The notes: generated by a model not told the origin, from the letters alone. 64,000 nt of DNA from Cyanobacteriota bacterium (GCA_033764955.1 JANRIL010000024.1:153621-217620), one strand, 5' to 3'. Counted from the first letter of the stretch, positions 18,978 to 29,146 are shown. A program made the numbers and translations.

Positions 18978-19661
18978 TCACCCTTTCTGCACATCCAAAA
19001 TCCAGGCATAGTAAAAGCGGGCATTGACGGTGGCTTTTTGCTGAACCTGCCAGCCCAGTTGCGACAGTTTACCCACTAGGGCGGCTTCGCGGTGTTGATA
19101 GGCACGGGTGGCTTTGCTCGGCCCAGGAAAAAACTCCCCAATTTTTTTCAAGATCTTCAAGAGGGGGGTGCTGGGGGCAAAACTAAAAATCAAGCGAGAG
19201 CGGGATAATCCCACCAATTTCTCTAACATTCGCAGGGAATCCGCCTCTGGGTAGTGAATCATCACATCCAGGCACACTACCGTATCAAAAGAACCCTGAA
19301 TCGCCTCCAGATCGACAACACTGAACTGCGGATTGTCGGTTTGCCCCAAAACTTCTGATTGACGACGGCGAGCTTCCCCCACCATCTGCTCAGAAATATC
19401 GCTGGCTACTACCCGCGCCCCCCGTGCCGCTAGAGGAATGCTCAGGCTGCCCACCCCACACCCAGCATCGGCAATGGATTGACCCTGTAGATTCTCTCCC
19501 AACCAACCCAAAACAATCTCCACCGTTTGGGCATGTCCCTGGCGAATCGACTGCTGTACCCAGTTGACGGGATCCTCCCCATAAATGCGTCGCCACCGCT
19601 CAAAGCCGAGGGAATTGAAATAGTTGCGAACGACCGCTTTTTCTTCCATGCGTCCTTCCAT
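18978..19661 (-). CDS. chlM: Magnesium-protoporphyrin IX methyltransferase
   Basis: YFN..GFERWRRIYG, DAGCGVGSLSIPLA, CLDVMIHYP, FSFAP, GEFFPGPSKATRAY. Confidence 0.95.
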   Translation of the reverse strand: MEGRMEEKAVVRNYFNSLGFERWRRIYGEDPVNWVQQSIRQGHAQTVEIVLGWLGENLQGQSIADAGCGVGSLSIPLAARGARVVASDISEQMVGEARRRQSEVLGQTDNPQFSVVDLEAIQGSFDTVVCLDVMIHYPEADSLRMLEKLVGLSRSRLIFSFAPSTPLLKILKKIGEFFPGPSKATRAYQHREAALVGKLSQLGWQVQQKATVNARFYYAWILDVQKG

Positions 19662-19724
19662 GCGCTAACCAGGGATTCCCCCCCTCCACCAACCATGCGG
19701 GTCATTCTATCAGTCAATCGCCCG

Positions 19725-20000
19725 TCAATAGGATTTGGCCTGTTGATCAATCTGGCACCACAACCATTGTTCTCCCAGTTCAGCGGAGCTAATTACCGGA
19801 TGTCCGGTGGCTTGGTAGTGATGGCGGGCGTGTTGGTGGGGAGACGAATCACAACAAAGCATCTTGCCGCAGCTTTGACAAATGCGGAGATGCACCCAGC
19901 GCCCGTTAATCGGCAAACAATCTTCACAGCGAAAGCTGGCAAAGTTGGACTTGGGGATGATGGTTTCGGCGGTTAAGCCATTCAGATGTTGACAGCTCAT
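19725..20000 (-). CDS. UBP-type zinc finger protein
   Basis: CQHL..CEDC..WVHLRICQSCG...CCDSSPHQHARHH..TGHP..E.W.WC. Confidence 0.85.
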   Translation of the reverse strand: MSCQHLNGLTAETIIPKSNFASFRCEDCLPINGRWVHLRICQSCGKMLCCDSSPHQHARHHYQATGHPVISSAELGEQWLWCQIDQQAKSY

Positions 20001-20252
20001 AGAGACCTTCAGAAATAGGGATTTGCCAAATATAAGCGGCTGACCAAAGAAAGTGAGTGGGCACAATAGGTAAAGTTGCTGAAGGAGAGAAAGATCCTAT
20101 ACCATCCTTTTAAGGGAGATTGCTGAGGGATCCCCTTCCCGTCTCTATTCAAAAAGCTATTTGAACCCGTTCACTCTCCCCCAGGTGTAGACTGAAGCAA
20201 AGTGATTTTGTCCTGGTGTGCTAGCCCTACTTTCGCCAATCCAGAGTATCTC

Positions 20253-20879
20253 ATGACCGAAACTGAAATCACTCAAGTCCTCCAGAAAGACCTTTCCGGC
20301 TTCAGCATTAAACCTGCTGTTAAGCAACGCCAGAAGCACCTGCATGTGTTACTGATTCGTCCTGATGGATCCCAAGTTGACTACCCTGGCCTGACGCAAC
20401 GGGTACAAACCAGCCTGCAAAGTTTGCCATTGACTGCCGTGGAGCGGGTAACGGTCTATGGTCGGCTGGTGGGGGGCAAAGACTATGAATGGGAGAACTC
20501 CTTCAATTTAGGAGGTTCGAGAGGCGATGGGGGGGAATCCACGGTTTTTTATGATGATCGCACTTTGGCCTACGGCAATCGTTTTGATGGGGGCCAAACT
20601 CTGATGGCGGATGACGATGATTCGCCCACCCAGGTTTATCAACCCTCGATGCCCATGTCCAGGGGAGTAGACCCTTCCGATCACACCCTCGTGGCTCCTG
20701 ATCCGCAAAGACCGGCTCCGGGCATCAGCATCCCCCAAGTTGTCCAGCCAGAGGTTCCTTCCCGTTCTGGGAATCGCTCCTCCAAAGGGGGACGCAACCA
20801 GCAGATGATGATCATGATAGGGGTAGGGATCGCGGCGGCTGTGCTGGTTTTGGTCTTGTTTTTGGTGTTGAGAGGCTAA
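20253..20879 (+). CDS. Hypothetical protein with C-terminal TM anchor
   Basis: N-terminal domain with V.VYGR..G..Y.W motif, low-complexity linker, C-terminal hydrophobic helix. Confidence 0.65.
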   Translation: MTETEITQVLQKDLSGFSIKPAVKQRQKHLHVLLIRPDGSQVDYPGLTQRVQTSLQSLPLTAVERVTVYGRLVGGKDYEWENSFNLGGSRGDGGESTVFYDDRTLAYGNRFDGGQTLMADDDDSPTQVYQPSMPMSRGVDPSDHTLVAPDPQRPAPGISIPQVVQPEVPSRSGNRSSKGGRNQQMMIMIGVGIAAAVLVLVLFLVLRG

Positions 20880-20935
20880 CTGGGATCCGGATCCCTACCG
20901 GAATCAAGACATGCCCCCACAACAAGGTTTTGCCC

Positions 20936-22078
20936 TTATCCCCAGGGGATCTGCGCCATGATTTGGTTGGGATGGAGGGGAGAAGGCAGGTGGCTGGGAT
21001 CCCCCATCAGCAGGCAGCGGTCGCTGGGTTGGATCTGCCAATGGACAGGCGAGGGATCCCCTACGTAATCGGGATCCCCATGAAAACGTAGGCGAGCCAG
21101 CACCTCCAGGAGGCGGTCTAGGTGGGCGGCTCCGCTGCCAAAAGGGGTGCGTCCATCCAAGGTGACTAAGGCTAGCGGATAGCCCTGCTGCACAAGACTT
21201 TGGGCAATGCCCGCTGCCACGGAAATTCCCTGTTCTAGCCGTTGACGATACTGGCTCGGATCGCGGCGGGCGGCTAAAGAATCCCACTGGTTGAGCAAAC
21301 AGAGGGTAATAGCTTGACTATCCTGTTGCTCCAGTTCGCGGGCAATCAGTTGATCCCGTTTGGCGGAAATCTTCCAATGGACGGCACGGATGTCTTCGTG
21401 GCTGCGATGTTCCCGCAGTCCCCAAAAATCTCCCTCTTTTCCGGCCAGCGGGCGAGATTGGGATCCCTGACTCCAACGGCTCAAGAGGGGTAGGGGGGGC
21501 GGGGGGGCGGCTTGGGGATAGACGACGACTTCCACAGGTTGATCAATGCCGATACGCTTGCGAAATAGTTCAAACGGAAAGGAAGTGGACAGCAAAAAAC
21601 CTTCCACAGACCAAACCCCCCGCTGAGGAAAGGTATGGGAGTAATAGGCAGTGGCGGCGCTGTTGGCATTCACCTGCAAAAAATACACCCCCGGCCAATC
21701 AGCTTCGGCGAGAGGGGAAATGCGGTCATTCACCCCCACCGAAAAGCTGGGAAAGTGGCGTTTCCGGTTGTAGAGGGTAATGGCCACCAAAATAGGCTGA
21801 CCGGCGACGATGCGGTTAGGCCATTGTCGTTCTACATGCAGGTGGCGCAAGACGGTTTCCGAGACCATGCCGCTCAAAACAATCAGGCTGAGCATCATGC
21901 CAAATAACAAGTAGAGGGGATTGTTGCCCGTATTAAAAGCCGCAATACTGACCAGGATGGTGATGCCCGTAAAAATTTTCCCCACCCGCGTATAGCGAGG
22001 CACCCGAAAGCGCCCCCGTTGGGGTTGAGGGAGCCGTTTAGCCGGGGACTGGGTATGGAGGGATCCCTCTGCCCTCAT
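20936..22078 (-). CDS. DUF58 domain protein (MoxR-associated)
   Basis: AAFNTGNN.LY, FPFELF, GDFWGLRE...DIRAVHWKISAK; overlaps the MoxR stop codon. Confidence 0.88.
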   Translation of the reverse strand: MRAEGSLHTQSPAKRLPQPQRGRFRVPRYTRVGKIFTGITILVSIAAFNTGNNPLYLLFGMMLSLIVLSGMVSETVLRHLHVERQWPNRIVAGQPILVAITLYNRKRHFPSFSVGVNDRISPLAEADWPGVYFLQVNANSAATAYYSHTFPQRGVWSVEGFLLSTSFPFELFRKRIGIDQPVEVVVYPQAAPPPPLPLLSRWSQGSQSRPLAGKEGDFWGLREHRSHEDIRAVHWKISAKRDQLIARELEQQDSQAITLCLLNQWDSLAARRDPSQYRQRLEQGISVAAGIAQSLVQQGYPLALVTLDGRTPFGSGAAHLDRLLEVLARLRFHGDPDYVGDPSPVHWQIQPSDRCLLMGDPSHLPSPLHPNQIMAQIPWG

Positions 22079-23082
22079 ACAGGCACCTCAATACTGGCCA
22101 CAATATCTTGAATCACCGCTTCGGCATCCGCACGGCCACTCGGCAAGCCATTGCCAGATCCGGTCAGAGCAAGGCGGTGAGCTAACACCGGAACCAGTAA
22201 GACCGTGACATCATCGGGAATGCAATAGTTTCTACCCATAACCAGAGCGTGGGCACGAGCCGCCCTCGCTAGAGCTAACGCCCCCCGTGTAGAAACCCCC
22301 GCCCGCAGAAGGGGAGAAAGACGGGTAGCCTGAACGACCTGCAACAGATAGTCTGCTAGCGAATCATCTAGGCGGATCTGATCCACTAATGCCTGAATGG
22401 CGCGCAGGCTGGCTAGAGATAACACGGGTTGCAGAGACTCCACAGGTTCCGCCTGTTTACGCTCCAGCAGGAGGGTGCGCTCAATCGCCAGATCGGGATA
22501 GCCAATCGAGAGCCGCAACAAAAATCGATCCAACTGACTTTCGGGTAGGGGATAGGTGCCGTGATACTCCAACGGATTTTGGGTGGCTAACACCATAAAC
22601 GGATCCGGCAAGGGATGGGTCTGATCATCAATCGACACGCGACTTTCTGCCATAGCCTCTAGCAACGCGCTTTGGGTGCGGGGGGAGGTACGGTTGATTT
22701 CGTCCGCCAAGATGACGTGGGCAAAGATCGGACCGGGCCGAAAGGTAAACTGGCGAGTGTCTTTGTCGTAAAGGGTGATGCCCAAAATATCGGTGGGCAA
22801 CAGATCGCTGGTAAATTGGATACGCTGAAAGTCGGCTCCTAAACTGCGGGCGAGGGCTTGAGCCAGGGTGGTTTTGCCGACTCCGGGGACATCTTCCAAC
22901 AACAGATGACCACGAGCCATCAAAGCGGTCACCACCAAACGCACCACCTGCGGCTTGCCCAAAAAAACGGATTCGATATTGGCGATCAGTTGCTGAATGT
23001 GCAGGTTGATCGACTCAGGCGTTGTGGGCAATGCCTCCTTGAGGGGAGAAGCCAAATCGAGTGGAGAAACATCACCAGGCAT
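22075..23082 (-). CDS. MoxR family AAA+ ATPase
   Basis: HLLLEDVPGVGKT, RIQFTSDLLPTD, ADEINR..PRTQSALLEAM, ATQNP, LPESQLDRF. Confidence 0.93.
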   Translation of the reverse strand: MPGDVSPLDLASPLKEALPTTPESINLHIQQLIANIESVFLGKPQVVRLVVTALMARGHLLLEDVPGVGKTTLAQALARSLGADFQRIQFTSDLLPTDILGITLYDKDTRQFTFRPGPIFAHVILADEINRTSPRTQSALLEAMAESRVSIDDQTHPLPDPFMVLATQNPLEYHGTYPLPESQLDRFLLRLSIGYPDLAIERTLLLERKQAEPVESLQPVLSLASLRAIQALVDQIRLDDSLADYLLQVVQATRLSPLLRAGVSTRGALALARAARAHALVMGRNYCIPDDVTVLLVPVLAHRLALTGSGNGLPSGRADAEAVIQDIVASIEVPV

Positions 23083-23337
23083 GGGATCCAAACCAGAAGC
23101 ACTGCCTACACGATACTAAAGAATCCTCCTCAGCATTGCCAATCTGCTTAGCTTTTGGATCGGTATCCCTTTAGGATCCCCAGCCGCAGCGGTTAAGGTT
23201 AGGATCAATATCCTGCCGCAAGTATCAGGATAGGGTGGAAAAAGGGATCCCATTCCCCTCCCCAGCCCTATTTGCCGAAGGGAAGCCATCTTTAGTTATT
23301 TGTCAACCTGTCTATCCACATCTTTACAGAGAACCGA

Positions 23338-24132
23338 ATGTTGAAGCGAATTTTTGGGAATCGGCGGCGGATTGCCCGCATTGAGGTGATTGGGCCTATC
23401 GACAGCAAGATGCGCCAGAAGGTTCTCAAGTCCCTCAAGGATATTGAGAAGGAAGAATTTCCCGCGTTAGTGTTGCGGATTGATAGTCCTGGCGGAACGG
23501 TGGCGGACTCGCAGGAAATTCATCAAGCCCTCAAACACCTACAAAGTAAAGGCATTAAAGTCTTAGCCAGCTTTGGCAACATCTCCGCCTCCGGTGGAAT
23601 TTATATTGCGATGGGAGCCGAAAAAATTGTCTCTAACCCTGGCACGATTACGGGCAGTATTGGCGTGATTATTCGCGGCAACAATATCGAGAAGCTATTA
23701 GAAAAAGTGGGGATTTCCTTTAAGGTGATTAAATCAGGCCCCTATAAAGATATTCTTTCTTTTGATCGAGAGCTAAGTGCCGAAGAACAATCGATTTTGC
23801 AGGAGTTAATTGATATTACCTACAGTCAGTTTGTCCAGACGGTGGCCGAAGCCCGCCATCTGACGATCAATGGGGTCAAAACCTTCGCGGATGGGCGTAT
23901 TTTTAGCGGAGAGCAGGCTCTCGCTATGGGCATTGTGGATCGCTTGGGCAGCGAAGAAGATACCCGTCTCTGGGCTGCGGAATTAGCCGGATTGGATCCC
24001 GACACCAAATTTGTGGATATCATGCCAAAGTCTGGTCCTTTTTCTCGTTTTCTGCCTGCTCAAGCCTTCTTTGATCGCTGTCAGTTTGAGATCTCTACCA
24101 GTGGCATTCCCCTTTGGCTCTATCAGGGGTAA
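23338..24132 (+). CDS. sppA: Signal peptide peptidase SppA (S49)
   Basis: LRIDSPGG, ISASGGIY, TITGSIGVI, KSGPYKD, ADGRIFSG. Confidence 0.92.
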   Translation: MLKRIFGNRRRIARIEVIGPIDSKMRQKVLKSLKDIEKEEFPALVLRIDSPGGTVADSQEIHQALKHLQSKGIKVLASFGNISASGGIYIAMGAEKIVSNPGTITGSIGVIIRGNNIEKLLEKVGISFKVIKSGPYKDILSFDRELSAEEQSILQELIDITYSQFVQTVAEARHLTINGVKTFADGRIFSGEQALAMGIVDRLGSEEDTRLWAAELAGLDPDTKFVDIMPKSGPFSRFLPAQAFFDRCQFEISTSGIPLWLYQG

Positions 24133-24173
24133 CTGTCAACTTGAACGGGTTCTCACCAGAGGGATCCCCTATC

Positions 24174-24316
24174 CATGAAGACTTCTATTCATGAAGACTT
24201 CTAACATTTTTTGAGGAGATGAAGAGAGTCCCTGGAATGTTCAGATGGCACTAAGTTAGCCTAGGGTTGTAGATAGCTAATTGCATAACCATGATCAATA
24301 ACCATGATCCATGATC
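24174..24316. repeat. Two short tandem duplications in an intergenic region
   Basis: CATGAAGACTTCTA at 24174-24187 and 24190-24203; ATAACCATGATC at 24285-24296 and 24298-24309, then CATGATC. Confidence 0.6.
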
Positions 24317-24415
24317 ATCTGTATGGGAGCGTGTTTTATGAGCATTTATCTGCATTGGCAACGCCATGATGGACATTTTTGGGATGCCGGGATCCCCTTT
24401 TTAGAGGCATTGGTG

Positions 24416-24640
24416 ATGAAATCGGAAGACTCGGTTTCCCCCAATGAACAGCCCACTCATTCCGAAGTGCTGGCGTCATTGGGCGAGATTTCGGAATGGA
24501 AATTGCAGGATCATCTAACCTGTGCCTGGTTTTGGCACAAAGCCCATGATCGGCTGGATCGGCTGGCTCTCGACCAAGAAACCACTAGCAAGCTGGTTAC
24601 CGAGATGGCTCATACGGTTCCCTACACAGGACGCTGCTAA
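24416..24640 (+). CDS. Small hypothetical protein
   Basis: ORF with GAGG upstream of GTG/ATG; no recognisable domain. Confidence 0.4.
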   Translation: MKSEDSVSPNEQPTHSEVLASLGEISEWKLQDHLTCAWFWHKAHDRLDRLALDQETTSKLVTEMAHTVPYTGRC

Positions 24641-24843
24641 GTTGGATCCCATCTGCCGTCCCTGGCATCCACACCCAAGCCTAAGGTATTCTGGGTGCCA
24701 GACCTAGCGAGTGCTGGTAGGCGGAAGGGATGCGAACCCCGTCAGTTAGGATACACACGACGATGCCGATATCGTCACCTATATCCTTTCCCTCCGGCAA
24801 CCCACAGGCTGTTAGGTGATCACCGGTTGCAGGAGCAGTTGGC

Positions 24844-25926
24844 TTGCTAGATCTTTCCTTACCCCCGCTTTGGCGAGATGGCTTCACCCTATTTCTTAGT
24901 TTGGTGGTGCAGGCTCTCCCCTTTTTATTGTTGGGGGTGTTTGTCTCTGGGGTATTGGCGGTCTTTGTCAACGAACAAAAACTGATGCGTTGGCTGCCCC
25001 AGGGGAGGTGGAGTAGTTCCTTGTTGGGGGGATCCCTCGGCTTTTTCTTTCCGGTTTGTGAGTGTGGCAACCTGCCTGTGGCGCGGCGACTGGTCATGAA
25101 AGGGATCCCGCCCCATTTTGCGATTGCGTTTTTGCTGGCGGCTCCTGTTTTTAATCCGGTGGTGATCGCGGCCACTTGGATTGCTTTTCGTGCTACTCCC
25201 GAAATGGTGGTCTATCGAGTCGGCCTGTCGTTTGCGATTGCTGTGGTGGTGGGATGGATTTTTAGTTTTCAGAAAGATCTAGAGCCACTGCTTCACCCTG
25301 ATGTCTGGCAGGAACGTCAGCGCACTCAGCAGACTCAATCCTCAAATGAAACTCGTAATCTCTTGGCGGGCGGCACTTTCCTGATCCCATCAACCTCTTC
25401 CCTCTCTGGCTCATTCTCGGCTCAATCCACCACCACTACCCTACAAACGGCTGAAGAGGTGTATCGAACAGCCCTCGATCAGGGGGATCCCTGGCAGGCT
25501 GGGCAACAGTTTGGGGGGGGATGGGCAGCTTGGCGGTTGCTACTGGATACCTGGAGCCGCGAGATTCAAGAATTGGGATCCGTGTTGGTGGTGGGAGCAG
25601 CGGTGGCCGCTCTCATCCAGACGGTGCTGCCGCGTGCCTTTTTGTTGAACTATGGACAAGGGCCGATTGTCTCGGTGGTGGTCATGCTGGGCTTAGCGGT
25701 GGTGGTGTCCATTTGCTCGACGGTGGATGCTTTTTTTGCCCTAGCTTTTGCCGCCACCTTTACCCCCGGATCGTTGCTAGCCTTTATGGTTTTTGGCCCA
25801 ATGATCGACCTGAAGGCGGTGGGGTTATTGCTAACGTTGTTTCGACCCCGCACCGTGTTTTATTTGATTGTGTTAACCCTGCAATTTACGTTGATTGGCG
25901 CGCTTGCCCTCAACTTTTACGGCTAG
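24844..25926 (+). CDS. Permease (DUF318 family)
   Basis: ALPFLLLG, FPVCECG.LPVARRL, LLAAPVFNP, SICSTVDAF, FGPMIDLK. Confidence 0.88.
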   Translation: MLDLSLPPLWRDGFTLFLSLVVQALPFLLLGVFVSGVLAVFVNEQKLMRWLPQGRWSSSLLGGSLGFFFPVCECGNLPVARRLVMKGIPPHFAIAFLLAAPVFNPVVIAATWIAFRATPEMVVYRVGLSFAIAVVVGWIFSFQKDLEPLLHPDVWQERQRTQQTQSSNETRNLLAGGTFLIPSTSSLSGSFSAQSTTTTLQTAEEVYRTALDQGDPWQAGQQFGGGWAAWRLLLDTWSREIQELGSVLVVGAAVAALIQTVLPRAFLLNYGQGPIVSVVVMLGLAVVVSICSTVDAFFALAFAATFTPGSLLAFMVFGPMIDLKAVGLLLTLFRPRTVFYLIVLTLQFTLIGALALNFYG

Positions 25927-25989
25927 GTTCCGGCTAGGCTAGAGGACGTTAACCAGGTTCTACCCATCACCCAAAGAGAGGGATCCCTT

Positions 25990-26670
25990 ATGCAGCAACG
26001 AGTGGGCTGGGCTTTACTATGGCTAGGATTTGTGGTCTATGCTTTCTTCTTGGCTCCGGCGGATGATCTGGCGGCGACCGGGGAGTTAATTCGGCGGTTG
26101 GTGCAGGGAGACATCGCGGGCATCAATCCCTGGATTGTGGCAGAGTTTAACCTGATGGGGGTCTTGCCGCTGGCCTATACTTCTTTATTATTGGTGGATG
26201 GACACCGCCAAAAAGCCCTGGGACAAAAGGTTCCGGCTTGGCCGTTTGCCCTCCTAATGATGGGGGTGGGAGCATTTGCCCTGTTGCCCTACCTAATGCT
26301 GCGGCGACCCCTACAAGGGCAAGAAGGGATCCCTCCCCTGAATAGCTATTTGCGGGTCTGGACTAGTCGCTGGGTGGGTTGGGGATTGTTGGTGACAAGT
26401 CTCGGTTTGTTGGGATTTGCTGGCTGGCGGGGAGATTGGGCAGATTTTTGGCAGCAGTGGCAAACCAGTCGGTTTATTCATGTCATGACCCTCGATTTTT
26501 GTCTGTTGACCAGCGTTTTGCCCTTCCTGGTCAATGAAGATCGGGTGGGGCGAGCCGCTTTACCCCCGTTGGGCATCGGCATGATCAATAGCCTTCCCTT
26601 GCTGGGAGCCTTGGGCTATTTGTGTCTGCGACCTGCCCCCTTGCCGGAGGTGCTTCAGCCCCCAGATTGA
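25990..26670 (+). CDS. Conserved cyanobacterial membrane protein
   Basis: Multi-TM; FNLMG, GAFALLPY, SRFIHVM.LDF, YL.LRP motifs. Confidence 0.75.
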   Translation: MQQRVGWALLWLGFVVYAFFLAPADDLAATGELIRRLVQGDIAGINPWIVAEFNLMGVLPLAYTSLLLVDGHRQKALGQKVPAWPFALLMMGVGAFALLPYLMLRRPLQGQEGIPPLNSYLRVWTSRWVGWGLLVTSLGLLGFAGWRGDWADFWQQWQTSRFIHVMTLDFCLLTSVLPFLVNEDRVGRAALPPLGIGMINSLPLLGALGYLCLRPAPLPEVLQPPD

Positions 26671-26700
26671 TCTTCTCAGAAGGAATGTCGGGCATTTTTC

Positions 26701-27328
26701 GGTTGTGCATCAGATAATAGTGGGACAAGTTAAAAGGACATGCCAAGTCCAAGGTCGAGTTGCTAACCCAGCACGTTGGGCTGCTGTTGTCTTCAGGCGA
26801 CTATGCGGCCAAATCCAATTGAAGCCGCTCACGACTAATCGGGTCGTTACCTTCGTTTGTTCCCACACCTTGCCAAACGTATTCTGCCTACGATGCCATC
26901 TTCCCGTTTGTTGCCGCACAATTCCATTGGTGCGTTCCAATCGTTGCGTCTTGTCCTTGCCGATGTAGTGCACGATTTCGGGCGGCAAGACTCGCTCGTA
27001 GCCCCCCCAGTCATCGCTATTCCACTGCTTACAATTGGTTTTTCCCTGGCTACTAACGACTAAAGATTCAATTCAGACTACTGCCTTCGCTATGGGCTTG
27101 CAGGACTTGACGGATGTGTTCAGCACTGACTTGACGGTGGTAGTACATTGTGTCAGATCACTCATTGAATGTTTGCTGGCAATGGGGTCAGAAATAGCGT
27201 TGACTCCCATTCTGGAGCTTTGCCATGTTTATGGGTACTAGGATGACCGCAGAGCCGACATGCCATGATTTCTCTGTAAAAGCGCCACGCTCTACTTTAC
27301 TTTACCCACCATCCTTTGACGCACCACC
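26701..27328 (-). mobile_element. Degenerate IS1-family insertion sequence
   Basis: Imperfect terminal inverted repeats GGTTGTGCATCAGA / GGTGGTGCGTCAAA; InsA-like zinc-finger start and InsB-like C-terminus; no flanking target duplication visible. Confidence 0.8.
26710..27266 (-). pseudogene. IS1-family transposase pseudogene
   Basis: MACRLCGHPSTHKHGK..NGSQRYF*PHCQQTF with frameshift and stops; W.SDDWGGY.RVL and TQRLERTNGIVRQQTGRWHRR downstream; middle part missing. Confidence 0.85.
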
Positions 27329-27380
27329 CGATAGCGGTCAATGCAAGTTTCCAAATATTCCTTCAAGAACATCAATCACT

Positions 27381-27567
27381 TCATTCGGAATCGTTGTCTC
27401 GCTGTCGTTGCGGTGCGGAATAGCCGAGTCAACCGCCGATCCCCACTTTGGCAATATCAGCGAACACTGAATCTATACTCCGGATCCACAATCGCTAGCC
27501 CCAGGGATCCGCCTGCCAGCATCAGCACCAGGAGCATCTGGGGGATATGGTGTTTTATGGTTGGCAC
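27381..27567 (-). pseudogene. Small 2-TM membrane protein pseudogene (holin candidate)
   Basis: MPTIKHHIPQMLLVLMLAGGSLGLAIVDPEYR, then after a 1-nt shift SVFADIAKVGIGG*LGYSAPQ; lies downstream of the endolysin. Confidence 0.4.
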
Positions 27568-27740
27568 CGTTGTTCTAATTGCTCTAAGGGGATGGAGATA
27601 GATTTCAGTCGAGCAGACAGGATCCCAATCTCATGCCATTTGGTAGCGGCGGATCCGACTAACATCAACAGCAATCCAGAGGAGAGCAAACTGAGGAAGT
27701 CGCGCCAAAATCCAGGGTGGGATCCATTTCCGTAACTCAT
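27555..27740 (-). CDS. Small single-TM protein of the lysis-like module
   Basis: ATGA overlap with the GH108 stop codon; hydrophobic helix FLSLLSSGLLLMLVGSAA followed by a short coiled-coil-like tail. Confidence 0.5.
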   Translation of the reverse strand: MSYGNGSHPGFWRDFLSLLSSGLLLMLVGSAATKWHEIGILSARLKSISIPLEQLEQRCQP

Positions 27741-28270
27741 CGCGTAATCACCCCCATGAGCGCGTTGTCACGATTCAGCCAGCCTTGTAGGAAAACTCGT
27801 TGTGTGGGATTTTCTGTGACTCGTTGATGGCGGTATCGGATCCGAGCTTCCACAATGGCGATTGCGGTTTGGCGGGAGTTGTTTTTCTCAAAGGCAGCTT
27901 GAGTGATGGATCCCCAGATGCCATCCACCCCCACCTTGAGCACAGATTGCAGGAATTTGACGGATCCCATCACGCCAAAATTGACTGCTGTATCAAACTG
28001 AGCAATTGCCAGGGGCAAGATCATCTGAACACAACGAGCGGGAGTCCAGTAGTTTTCCCAATAGATCCACTTCACCTCTTGCGGCTGGATCCGTTTCACA
28101 TCTTGGGGAACCAGGTTCTTGCTTTTGCGCCAGTGATCATAGGTGGCCTGGGTGATGCCGAAGTTGGTGCGTCCACCTGGATCCGCAGGATGATCCACAA
28201 AGCCACCTTCCCAGCGTTGGGTGAAGGCCAAGGCTTTTTCAAAATTCTGAGTATTCCTAGCAGCGGTCAT
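27737..28270 (-). CDS. Glycoside hydrolase family 108 muramidase (endolysin-like)
   Basis: EGGFVDHPADPGGRTNFGIT, Y...YW, FDTAVNFG, VDGIWGSIT, FLQGWLNR. Confidence 0.92.
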   Translation of the reverse strand: MTAARNTQNFEKALAFTQRWEGGFVDHPADPGGRTNFGITQATYDHWRKSKNLVPQDVKRIQPQEVKWIYWENYWTPARCVQMILPLAIAQFDTAVNFGVMGSVKFLQSVLKVGVDGIWGSITQAAFEKNNSRQTAIAIVEARIRYRHQRVTENPTQRVFLQGWLNRDNALMGVITR

Positions 28271-28392
28271 AGTGAAATCTCAATAGCACACCTGCTAACC
28301 TAACGAACCAGATCCGGTCACCTGATGCACAGTGCAGCAAGTTAGATCTAGGGGTTTGCCAGGATGGATTCAACTGTTGTTGAGGTGTCAAA

Positions 28393-28653
28393 ATGCGTGT
28401 TGCAGATTTTCAATCCACTCTGCCGATTCCGGCTCCTGAGCTGCCTGCCAGCGTGGATCCCAATGATGCGATTGGTGTGGAGAAGTACATTTTCTCATTG
28501 CTCATTCACAGTGCCCATGTGGAGACCAAGCTCAATGAGAGCCTGCCCCGTACTCAGCGAGAGAATCGATTTGGGTTGACCATCTCTGAGGATGGATCGT
28601 TGAAGGCCAGCATTGCTGGGCAAACCCAGTTGTCTGATTTGCAGATCAGTTGA
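28393..28653 (+). CDS. Hypothetical protein
   Basis: ORF with GAGGTG Shine-Dalgarno just upstream of ATG; no recognisable domain. Confidence 0.5.
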   Translation: MRVADFQSTLPIPAPELPASVDPNDAIGVEKYIFSLLIHSAHVETKLNESLPRTQRENRFGLTISEDGSLKASIAGQTQLSDLQIS

Positions 28654-28699
28654 TCTTGATTGTGAAAATGGTGCCTGCCCTAGTTGTCTGGGGCAGGTT

Positions 28700-29146
28700 T
28701 TATTCTTGTCTGGGATCCTTCAGGGGTGGATGCCAGCCTGCACTCACCCAGAATTGACGGACTTGGAGAATCGCACCTTCATCGTGTTCATCATCATTGA
28801 GATCCAATCGATTACAGGTAGCGCGTCCTGTTGAAGTGGTTCCCAGGATTCTGAGAGCATCTTTAGTCCAGACAAAATGCTCTGACCATTGTTGTTGGCG
28901 AGGTTGAAATAAGGGAGCCGTCTTCTGGAATTCAGGATCTATGCCATCTCTAAAATTGTAGTGGCGATTGTTGCAACGACGACAAGCTAAAGCCAGGTTA
29001 TCCAGTTCGTCGGATCCGCCCAATGACTGAGGATGAATGTGATCAATCGTAAAAAGATCAGGACTCAGATATTCGGGGGAGTGGCAGTATTCACATAAGA
29101 ATCCGGCTCGTTTTCGTACATATCTTCTAAGTGAGTCGGACACCAT
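28700..29146 (-). CDS. HNH endonuclease
   Basis: VR.RA...CEYC, IDHI.P...GG.....NLALACRRCN, LF.PR...W.EHF.W. Confidence 0.9.
   Translation of the reverse strand: MVSDSLRRYVRKRAGFLCEYCHSPEYLSPDLFTIDHIHPQSLGGSDELDNLALACRRCNNRHYNFRDGIDPEFQKTAPLFQPRQQQWSEHFVWTKDALRILGTTSTGRATCNRLDLNDDEHDEGAILQVRQFWVSAGWHPPLKDPRQE

Noticed and set aside
26670..27400. Distal att duplicate of the tRNA-Thr 3' end
   Set aside because: No match to AGCTGATGATCGGACTCGAA found by eye.
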